The notes below the pieces were generated by a model. The model was given only the letters and a program-made list of their open reading frames with translations, did not search any database and was not told the DNA's origin. From assembly GCF_026571515.1 (NCBI RefSeq), contig NW_026863670.1:1-64000 (forward strand): a DNA stretch of 64,000 nucleotides, read 5' to 3'. The DNA comes from Ruditapes philippinarum (Eukaryota). A program made the translations under genes and the position numbers. Shown here one piece after another: positions 53,350 to 64,000 of this stretch. The stretch's first letter is position 1, and every line of letters begins with the position of its first letter.

Positions 53350-55070
53350 ACTATACTACCTATGACCCAAGACATTCTACGATGTCAATCATGGTGCCAA
53401 TTTGCTTGATACTGCTAAATAGGTTGAGCATTTCATCATAACAGGTAAAGATACCAAATTATATTTCACTTACGTTCTTAGGTAGTAAAGTTTCCATCAA
53501 GTTATTTGTATGATTTGGCTGGGGGTTATTGATTCTACACTTTACTTTTTAAAATAAATATTATTTGAACATATTGGTATGCCTTTCATTTTTTTTTCAA
53601 AAGAGATCATTACTACGGTGCTTAACGGATATAAGACAGACTGTTCCATTTTGTCGGTGGCTTTTTGTTATGATAGACCGCTTGTTGGCGGAAGATTCAT
53701 TCTGCTTTTGAACCTTTTTGGCATATTCTATCATGACAGTATGTGGCCGATGGCGGTGCATACATGAAACATATACTTAGATTCGTATCGGTATTTCTTT
53801 TAAGAATTTCGCCAAACCTTAAATAAATAGTTAACACTGAATTTATCATCTTGTTTTTGTGTTGGGGTACTATACAGTTTCAATCGCTTTACTCAGAAAA
53901 AAAACCACACCCTCCCATCCTCCCTATACACATATGATATTTGCTGTCGAAAGTTTATTGTAATTTTCAGGGAGCTTTTCATCGTGGCAGGAAACAGAAT
54001 TCTTGTCTTTGAAGAGGTTAAAACTAATAAAGACATTGTTGAGCATCAGCTTCCGTTAACGGCGCAGACGTTGATATGACATGTAGTGAAGTTCATTTTT
54101 CATTTATATGGAACATAAATCTGCAATTAATATGACTTTAAGCATGATTTACATTTCCCTAAATTATAAGTATCAAATACTTGAATTTGCGTAAGACATA
54201 TTCTATCATAACAGCATGTGGCCGGTGTCGTGACATACATGAAACATATACTTAAATTCGTATCTATATTCTTTTTCTACCAACCATTGACAAAATTTAG
54301 CCAAGCCTTAAATAGATAGTTAAAATAATTTTTTCTTCTTGTTTTTGTGTTGGAATAAATTCCAATATTTTATTGTCTTATTTTTGTTCCGCTTTACCGG
54401 CACACGAGGTTTTACTGTATCATACAAGCGAGTTATCAACGTTTAAGGTATAGACAAAATTTTACTTATGTATCAAAAAGTCAAGCTACTCAATCTTCTT
54501 ATAACTTAATGGTGATATATAACTTATGTGTGTCAAATTATTTTCAAATTGTCCGTTCATTCTACTACAGTACTTTATCAAAATACATGTATATATATAC
54601 ACACGTATATGTGTTTACATTTTTTTATTATCTTTATGTATTTCATCATAAAATTTGAATGAAAATAGTTTTAAATTTTACTGAAACATCTCTTAATATA
54701 TTTAAGGTTAAAATATGTTGATATAAATTATGGATCTTCTGTACCTTGATAATGTTATCATTGATAAGATAATTGTGTGAGTTAGTGTGATAGAAAATGT
54801 GACTTCACAGTCATAGGATCGGAAACTTATCAAATTTCAAAATGATTTTGTTTTTAATAAACATTAAACATAAAGTCACAAGACATTGTTTTATTGAAAG
54901 CAGAAGTTGGATTAAAGATCTTATAATATTGTTTGAAAGTTCGTTAAGATCAAGTTGTTTTTTTCTATAAGTTATACGTTAATTTAATTTTGTTGTTCGT
55001 TTGTTTGTTTTATTGTAACATACATTTTGTTCTATGTTTGTGGTTCCTTTGGAATTCATATTCAAAAGAA

Positions 55071-57654
55071 ATGGATAAGTCTGTTTTAAAGAGAAATATA
55101 TTATTCTTGTTTGGAGTTTTAGTTTTTGCTCTTCTTATCTCTCTCGGGCGGATAGCCGAATATTTAACATCCGAATATATTTACTGTACTCACAATTATA
55201 ATGCAAACGAGTCTTGCGCAGAGTGTATAAACAAAAGGCCTCAAACTCCCATTCCGGGTAAAATACCACAACACATTCATCAAATCTTTTTCTATGAAAC
55301 AAGTAGTCAACTACCAGATAAACTTGTAAAAGCTAAAAATAGTTGGATACAGTACCATCCGAACTACACGTACACTTTATGGAACAAAACATCTATAAAT
55401 AGCCTTTTAGAGAGAGAGTATCCGTTCCTAAGGAAACTTTACGACAGTTATGGGCACTGGGTCAGACGAGCTGACGTTGCACGTTATCTCGTGCTCTACC
55501 ATTATGGAGGTTGGTATGTGGACATGGACGTTGCTTGCCGTCGAAGGTGAGTAGGTTTGATCCATTATTTTATATTGCATGTTTATAATAAAAAGTCTAA
55601 CAGTTCAAACTTGAAATATAGTCTATGATAAGTGTTTACTTTAATCCAATTACGTAATCATTTTACATTATATGTTTTAAAATAGTGTTCTAGACGGAAA
55701 CATTGTTCAATCGAATGTATTATTTAATTCATGTGAATCACGTAAACATTTTCTTTTATATAATTGATCCATGTTTTTGTCCGTTTGCTAGATGTTATGT
55801 TTAGAATTTCTAATGATTTAGCCATATAATACGTCTAGTGTGCTCATTTATCTTGGCATGTATCACACATAATTATTAATATGAGTTTTTTTATTTAATA
55901 GATTGTATGTAAAATTAATTAGATTGTTAATATCTTTTAAGAAACTAAATACCGGTATGTACTTAATTGATGGTGATTTGTCATAGTAAAACAGAAATTT
56001 AAGATAGTAATTACTGTTACTTATTAACTTGATTGAATGCGCAATAAAATATTATATACTACATAATTGTTTGGCTTGGTTTGAAAACCACATTGACTTT
56101 TAAGCTGTTGTGGTAGATAGGGTCTCACAGATTATGTTTACAAGTCACCTTAATTATAAAAATATCAACTTTCCAGAGGAATGTCATGCCCTATCTTTCA
56201 TATGACACCAACAATACTAAAGATTTAATTATCTATATTATACATATGGTAATTGTCTGTGAGGAAAAGTACTTGTTTCACCACCGAGTTTAAATGAATA
56301 TACTATCCTTCAAGAGGCTGATGGAATAGCTTTTGTAACTCAAAACTCATGTTCGTTAAAAAACAAAATGTCAGGGAAATCGACATGCACCTCGCAACTC
56401 AAGATGTCTCCTTCTTATTTTATTTATATATAGATATACATATGATTAACGTACACTTACTGGTCATCAATATATGTAAAATTTAATAGGTTTATAATTT
56501 TATCTTACAGTGTGAGAACTTTAGAACAAGAGGCACAGGAACTCAATAAAACTGCAATACTCAGGGTAACCGAGCCAGTTGGATTTTCAAACGATTTTAT
56601 TGGGATTACTAAACGTCATCCATTTTTATTTTCCGTCCTGACGTCACTCCACAAGTCCAACAGATGGTTTATTTTTCCATACGCCAATACCATGTTTTCT
56701 ACAGGTAAGAGCGTTAACGCTTTCTTCTTTATCTTATATGTCAAAGGCAAATATAAAACTCAAACAAACTTAACTATTGTCTTCAGGTTTGTGTTTCATG
56801 TATGTTAAAGATTGAAATTGAAATTTGAGAATTCTCGAAATGTAACTTTGGTGTCATGTTGTCTTGTAGAAGTGTAATTTTCATTCATAAGAAAGGTGTT
56901 GTTTATTATCATTTAAATGTTTTCCGTTAATTTATTTTAAGTCTGGTTAAATCGGTGATTATGATTATTTAAGTTTGAACTTATCATCACTGAGTTTTGA
57001 CGTGGTGTGAACTTTTTTTTGGGGTGGGGGGGGGGGGGGTTGGGATTTTATAAATCATTTGTATGCTGTGCAAAACTTTAGATAATTCGCTCGCTCCGTT
57101 TTTTCACCGTAAAATAATGTTAATTGTTCAAAGTAAGCCCACCAAAATACATGTTTTTATCTATCACCTGTTCCAATGGTCCATTTGGTTATATTTTGTG
57201 TTTTAAGGGTTTTAGTCTTAGTGGGGCTCGAAACTGACAGAATACACCGTACTTTCACGAAGTTGAAATTGGTGAACTAACAACACAAGTTCTCAAAATA
57301 AGATGTTATTTAGTGAGTACATAAAGGTCTTTATCAACGTTTTAATGATCTTTTTTTACAGGACCAACGTTCCTATGGGGCCGGTACCTAAACTACCGGG
57401 ATCAGAATCAATTGTACATCATTAATAACTCGTCTTACAGCAACTACCTCGTTTTAATGCACAATTCATCATGGCATAGTTGGGACGGCATTATTGTATG
57501 GTACCTGTTTCGAGACACGCGCATGTTCATTGTCTTGATGACGTCATTAGCGGTCTTATTATGTGTGACGCTGTTTTTGTGTAAATATAGAGGTGTTTGC
57601 TCACTGAGAAACAAAACATATAAATATATTAGATCTAGAAAACGTTCAGTTTAA
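55071..57654 (+). CDS. Glycosyltransferase family 32, SUR1/CSG1 (MIPC synthase)-like alpha-mannosyltransferase, copy 4 (intact, 320 aa)
   Basis: Exons 55071-55546, 56511-56704 and 57362-57654 total 963 nt in frame. N-terminal TM anchor; motifs KIPQHIHQ, W...HPNY...LW, RRADVARYLVLYHYGGWYVDMD (DxD), TEPVGFSNDF, HPF, PY..TMFSTGPTFL, SSWHSWD; C-terminal TM and basic tail. Confidence 0.9.
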
Positions 57655-57804
57655 GTAAGGACTATAAGCTATATGTTATATATAGCAAAACATCGATTTT
57701 CATCACATTTTGTTTTGTCAAAAAAAAGAAGCTTTAGTAAATTAAAGTAAATATCTTACTGTTATGTTCAAAAAATATGCGTTGCTCCTTGTGGCAGCGT
57801 TATA

Positions 57805-58900
57805 TACGAGGATTGATCAAAATGTTCTTGGCCCAATGTACTTCCGGTAGTCAGAAAAACTAATGATCTTAATTTACAATATAACCGCCCTCTACATCAA
57901 TGTACTTTGCTCACCTGTGCTCCAACTTGTTTAACCATTCAAATAAAACTCTCTATTTTAGTCCTCAAGGAAATTACTGACCGCTTCCATGACACCTTCT
58001 TTGCTTCCAAAACGTCTACCACAAAGCTTGGTTTTAGTTTCGGAATCAGGTAGAAGTCGGAGGGGCCAATACCGGAGAAAATGGGGGATGGGGAAGAATT
58101 TCAAAGCCGCAGACACTTGCAGCAGCAATCGCAATTTGGGATGTGTGAGCTGGCGCATAGTCGTACATGAGCAGAACGCGTTGAGTCAGTTTGCCCCTCC
58201 TTTTAATAAATGCGCGATGTTTTGACGCAGACGTCTCAGTTTCTCTGCATATTGCGTATCGTTTATGGTACGGCTTTGCTCAAGATTGTCAATCATGATT
58301 ATCCCCTGACTATCCCAAAAATTGAAGCCATCATCTTCCCTGCTGATGGCACCCTCTTGACTTTCTTCGGAGGGGTTGAGCCAGGGTGCTTCAACTGCAT
58401 GCTTTGTTACTTTTTATTCTGGAGCGAAGGTATGGGCCAATGTTTCACCCCGAACTACGATCCGGTAGATAAAATCAGGTTCATCCTCGTAGCGAGACAA
58501 AATATATCTTGAAATGTTAAGCCTGGTCCGTTTTTGGTCGTAAGTCAACTGTCTCGGACTTATCTAGCGGAAACCTTTGACATGCCATAGACTTCAGTCA
58601 GAATTGCCTTAACTGAACCAAAGCTTATACGCACTCCCCTAGCAATGCTTCGCAGGTCTCGCCTTCTGTTGCACATAACAGGATCGTGCACAGCTCCGGC
58701 AATTTCATCGTTGGTGGCATCTTTTGACTGCTCATCATCTCCTATGCTCTACCTGTCTCCCTTAAAATCAGCAGCCCATTTTTCACAATGCTATAGGGAG
58801 GGGACTCCTTTCAAAGTGTATCCATGAAGTCTTTATGGATTTCCTTTCAGGACATCCCTTTCTTACAGTGTTACTTAATGACAACCCTTTGGTCTAAATG
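57805..58900 (-). mobile_element. Degenerate mariner (DD34D) transposon
   Basis: TA|CGAGGATTGATCAAAA terminus. Transposase relics RVVIK, RIVVRGETLAHTFAPE, KRVPSAGKMMASIF, APAHTS, GFEILPHPPFSPVLAPSDFYL, GRRFGSKEGV. Multiple stops and frameshifts. Confidence 0.9.
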
Positions 58901-60612
58901 ACGCACCCATCTACAGATCACAGTGTGTTTTATGTTATATAATCTGTGTAAAACCGCGTGTTACTCGGCCAGTAATTTTCAATAAGATATCGGTATCGAC
59001 GTATCGTGTGTAAATTTCACTGTAGTTGCTAGAAGTATATTGGGCCGAGAACATTTTTATCATACATCGTATGTAGCATGCCACTTTATTCGCAGTAACC
59101 GCTAAATGTCGCACCATATTGCCGCTAAATATCGCAACCGCCACTATTTTGCCAATAAATGTCGCAAAATTGCTTTATCTACTTGCAACTCTCCGAGGAG
59201 CACAAAAATCTGGCCAGGGACGTGGGATTATTTCATGTGAAGAAGTTATCAATTTAGCTTGCGAGACGACGGTGGTTCAGCTCAAGTTCCCGTTATTGCA
59301 CATGGAAAATCTCTATAGTGCTGTTTGACTTTACTGTGTTTGTATGACGTTTTTATATCTAAATTCTAATTAGTACGTTGCATGTCCTATTTAGAAGTTA
59401 TAAAAACTTATAAGGAGAAATAAAAGTTTTATTTGCTTTTTGTATGAAAAGCTAATTAGAAGGTGCAAAGTTCAAACTGGGTTTTTATTTCATTTGTAGT
59501 CTTTTGAAGCTCCTCCTACTTAAGCTTTTATTTCTCAACTCCTAATAATATTCTTATTTCTCTTTTTATAAATTAACATCAAGAGTTACCAAGTTGTTAT
59601 TATGTTAATTTCTCCTTATTACGAGTAAAATGCAATTTTAATTGTAACTGGTAGCAACAAGTTAATATAAGTATCTTTTATTTCTCCTTTTTAGGAAAAT
59701 CAAAGTCCTAATTTGTTTTAATAGCTCTTAAGTAAAAGTGAAAAGACCTAACTAAGCTTTAAAAACTCAGGAGTTAAACAGTTTTTTTAAGAACATAAGG
59801 ATTATGTACCCTAATCAACTTTGAAAAATGTTGTCATTAAAGGAGAGATTTTCGACTATGCAACCACATACATGCATCGAGGACATGTTGTAAGGAAAGC
59901 GACCGTGTGGCCACATACATGCATCATGGGAATACCCTTCTCATACGAGAAAGGGACAAAGTGTTCACCCTTTTCTTGAATAAAGGGCAAATGTTAATAC
60001 ATGTATATAGCGTTTCCCTATTGATAAGGAAGCTAATTTTCACAGTCATGTTTAGAATTGGTTTATATACAACACCAATAATGAAAACCAAGCGGGAAGT
60101 GAGTTTACTTCATTTTAAGTCCGCAATGAAATTTTGAAAAGATCATATAAAATCTTCATGTAATTTCTTTAGTTTGACGTTTTTCTACTCTTCGTTTTAT
60201 GTATATAGCAAAATTATTCAAATTTTGCATAACACCAGCGTTTCAAAAGGTATAATACAAATAAAACAATAAATAAAATATAATGCTTGATCATTGGCTC
60301 AATATATCAGCAAATATCTCAGTGTTAAGCGGTTATATATATAATCAAAGGGCTGCAAGCTCTGTGGTATTTTCTGATCTTTGCAATCTAAATCGTACTG
60401 TGTATATGTATGTGTTTTCCTGTATAAGTTTATTTTTATGTACTATAATTCATCTTGCAGGGCACCACAGTTTGATACATACGGAATTTTGCATAACTAG
60501 AGTTACATCAAAAAAATCATTTATGTTTATTTTTTATGATAGCCACACTTTATCCTTGCATATCGTGGCTATTTCCTTAACAAAGACACTAAAAAAAGAA
60601 TAAAAAAAATGT

Positions 60613-60685
60613 TGACTCGACTGGGATTTGAACTCCAGACCTCTCACACACTAAACGAGCGCGTTACCCCTGCACCACGGAGAAG
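60613..60685 (-). mobile_element. tRNA-derived SINE head or pseudo-tRNA
   Basis: A-box TGGTGCAGGGG and B-box GGAGTTCAAATCCC at tRNA spacing, but poor acceptor and anticodon stems. Confidence 0.55.
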
Positions 60686-62908
60686 TTTTAAAAGAGTCCG
60701 AATAAAATCAAGTGATTCTAAATTTAGAATTTCCATTGCATTTCGGGTTTTCAAATCAGCACAGGCTGAATAAAATCAATTCATTCTAAATTTAGAATTT
60801 CCATTGCATTTCGGGTTAGGGAATTTCGAGGTATTTTGTTCAGGGTAAACCTGTTGTTTAAAATTGAACTAAATGATTTAGCAAAAATCTTCTCGCCCAA
60901 ACAGTCCAACATGTAGAAACTATTTATTCAACAGATTTATTTGTGTAGTATTCGGTAATCGACATAGCTAAAAATAGCATTTTCATTGATTAACATCATA
61001 TTCATCCGCGTAATTTGTGAGTGTGCATTTATTGACAATTCTATAAGCCAACGCTACTTTCAAAGTTTGAATGTGTAGTAATTTGTTGGACACTTGTAAC
61101 AAAAAGTGTTCTTTCTTTTAAATTGCTGGTTTTTAGTGAGAACTAATTTGCGTTGTTAGGTCTGTTAGGAAATTTTGTGTTAGACCGTGGATGTTAGCTA
61201 TGTATATACTGATCTGCGATCAGAAAATACAAAATTGACACAGAATCTAGTTTATCTCAGCTGGTCGTACAGCAAAGTATCTAAACTGAAAAACAGGTCT
61301 ATTATTAGTTGTATTTGTTTAATACCGCCGGATTCTATGTTGGTAACCATTTCATGACTAAAATGCCTAGTAAACTATGATGTTAATTTGAACACATATC
61401 TTCAAAATGAGATCTACAATGTAAAAGCTTAATAGTCATAAACTGTTGTTTTTCAACGCAAGAAACTCTTATTTCCTTTGCAATGTTCCATTACAAACTG
61501 TTAAAATTTTATGCCTCGGAAACTTAGTCCACTTTTTTCCTTCTCGTAATTTATTAAGAAATAAACCATTCGGAACACCTCACCTCTTACAAATACCTAT
61601 GTAGCTGTTCAAAATTTGACCGAAATAGTCGAAATATGGAAATAGAACTGAAAGCTTCATTACATAGTTGCACTTTTATTGAAATTCAATAGTGAAGTAT
61701 AACATATTATAATAACAAATCAATTACTGTGACATATAGAAATATAAATTAAATATAAAAATATCTAAACAATCAAGCAAACGCTGAAGTATGTAGAAGA
61801 ATATCATTGATTAAATGTGTCGAAATAATTAACACTTGCCAACTTCAATACTTCATGTACATTTAAAACATTCATTGTTTTTATATTAAAAGGAAATTTA
61901 TTGCAATCGAATCGTATCCCGAATGAGTTATCAAATTTTAAAACAAAGAGTATTGCCTAGTTTAGTGTAAAAAACACGATGGCTTTTGGAAATAAGTTCG
62001 CTCCAATATTTTCGTACGTTTAAAACTACGCTTTTAATTGTATTCTTCTATTCTGAAATATTGAACCATTTTCATAAACATAATGTAATAATTTGTTGTC
62101 AAAGTATTTAAAAAAGCTCTTTCAAATATATGGACACAAGAAAACAGTGATTTAAAATATACACCAGTGTACGTAAATAGTTTTTGTTAATATAATTATT
62201 CAAACTTCACCGACAAGACGTATAAAACAATGGGGGGAAAACCTGTCAGTAGGGAAGCCTAAATGCTCATTATTTTCATTATTTTGCATTATGTTATATC
62301 GGTGATACGTAATGCCAAGTAAAACACATATTTTAAAAATGTCATTTTTCGTCTTGTACTATTGAAAACGAGGAATGTCGAGTTTTATCATGCAAACGTT
62401 GAATTGAACAGAGACCGTTTACATTACATTATCACAGTTTTGGCACAGATGAATCATGAAATTATTTAAAACGCAAATTATATCTGATAGATAGGCTACA
62501 TATACCAACTCAACAAGTAGTTACATACAATGGTGTGAAAAAAGCCAATGATCGTAAATATTCGACAATATTTTCGTTACTTTCCGTGTCCCAATATTAT
62601 CAATTAAGCGTCTATGTGATAAGAAGCCTGTGATCAATCAACACGTGAGTGACGACGTTACAACTATACAAGGTACTAAAGGACGGTATATCTTTATATA
62701 TATTAAAAAATCATAAACAATATCTTCTTAAAGAAAATAGTAATGCGCATTCTGACACAGTCTCGTAAAAACTTAATTGCACAAACATTTCAATAAATAA
62801 CTGCATACATATACAATGTAATCAACTATGCATACATCTAATCTACTATACCCTTTTCATAGTTCATTATTATTATGTTTCCATAAACAAACAAGTTCAC
62901 ATAAAAAG

Positions 62909-63055
62909 CTATCGTGCAGAATTTATGTCCAAATCTCCTAGGAAAGTCATTTCTCTTTTCTTTTTGTCCTTTCGTCGTGATCTCGAGGTCAAAGGTCGGA
63001 TATTGTTTATTTCTTCACCAGCCCTCTTCTCTAGTTCTTCAACAACACCTTTCAC
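62909..63055 (-). CDS. Terminal coding exon of a second hillarin-like paralog (rest of the gene lies beyond the window)
   Basis: 147-nt exon after a TGCAG acceptor: VKGVVEELEKRAGEEINNIRPLTSRSRRKDKKKREMTFLGDLDINSAR*. Same length as, and colinear with, 6768-6914. Confidence 0.85.
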   Translation of the reverse strand: MKGVVEELEKRAGEEINNIRPLTSRSRRKDKKKREMTFLGDLDINSAR

Positions 63056-64000
63056 CTGCAAAATAACAACAGCATATTTCTCAGCATATATTTCTTATAA
63101 AACAGTCTAATTTCAAAGAATATTTAATCATTTACATAGAAGACAAAATGTATTTCAAGATTCTCTATGTTGTAATTGAGGTTATATACCACACTTAAGT
63201 ACAATAATATATACGTATATTATTATGTTTATAAAAAAAATCAAATATCGAAGAATATGTAAAATATGTACAGCAAAATTTGTACATATTATATGAAGTT
63301 ATTAAAATATATGCGTTCATTTCTTATTGAAAAAATTTACTTAGATTTTATAGAAAATAAATTTTTATTACCTCCCTTTATTTACATGAAATGTTAAATT
63401 CGGTAATATCTTTTTAGGAACTTACAAAATTGACAAATCTTAATTTGAGCATTATATTTATGATATAAAACCATAAAAAATTGTGTTACAGGATCTTTAA
63501 TTGTTTTATGGAATTGCAAAACTTTGGTATTACGACTAATTAATTCATGCTTTCCAGTCCAGTGTATCAGATGATAGTATTCTAATAAACCAATACTGTA
63601 GTGAAATTTATAAAATATAATTTTCACTGTAGCCGAATTATATCTGAATTTGGATGAAAAGAATATCTTAACTGAATGGAATAACAGGCAAAATAAATGC
63701 CTTTATACGTAAACTTTTCTTCTTTCTGAAAAGAATGTCGATGTCATCATACATCATGTTAAAAATGTAACAAAATGAGAATTTAACAGAACCATAATTC
63801 AAAATTGATGATGTGACGTCATGATGTGATGCCGTCAAAAAATGAGAATGTGCGACGTTAAAATACTTAACATCGCTTTAAATCATGACATAAAAAGAAA
63901 ATTTATGTGTTTTACATATAAGATTGATATATATTTCATTTGTGAACACCAGCTATTATATTTTCACTCGTGAAATATTGCATCTGGTGTTTACTCGGTG

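Noticed and set aside
52290-53441. Protein-coding genes from ORFs at 52290-53441 and 39730-40818
   Set aside because: They lie inside or overlap a TIR element, the frames are broken in the paralogous copy, and no recognisable domain is present.
27951-57654. Fungal or bacterial contamination as the source of the GT32 genes
   Set aside because: The genes have GT-AG introns filled with the same host repeats found in the neighbouring gene, and share its base composition.
60613-60685. Functional tRNA gene
   Set aside because: Acceptor and anticodon stems do not pair well. Treated as a SINE head or pseudo-tRNA.

Overview
AT-rich, intron-rich animal genomic DNA. The repeat repertoire suggests a bivalve mollusc (inference). 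From left to right: (1) a ~61-bp satellite with a ~1.43-kb higher-order repeat (115-4430), a 38-bp tandem repeat and a probable LTR remnant. (2) A 13-exon minus-strand hillarin/kyphoscoliosis-peptidase-like gene (6768-24193, ~843 aa). It has a catalytically dead transglutaminase core, KY-type Ig-like repeats and a C-terminal region resembling the dynein stalk microtubule-binding domain. (3) Head-to-head with it, a tandem array of four 3-exon GT32 (fungal SUR1/CSG1-like) mannosyltransferase genes. Only copy 4 (55071-57654) is intact; the other three carry different lesions. (4) The last exon of a second hillarin-like paralog (62909-63055). Many non-autonomous DNA transposons, a LINE relic and a mariner relic are present, several with empty sites visible in the paralogous duplicates. 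Next to an assembly gap and a (TA)n tract lies a ~160-bp palindrome with an identical minimal type I hammerhead ribozyme on each strand. All calls are from manual reading; no database searches were run.
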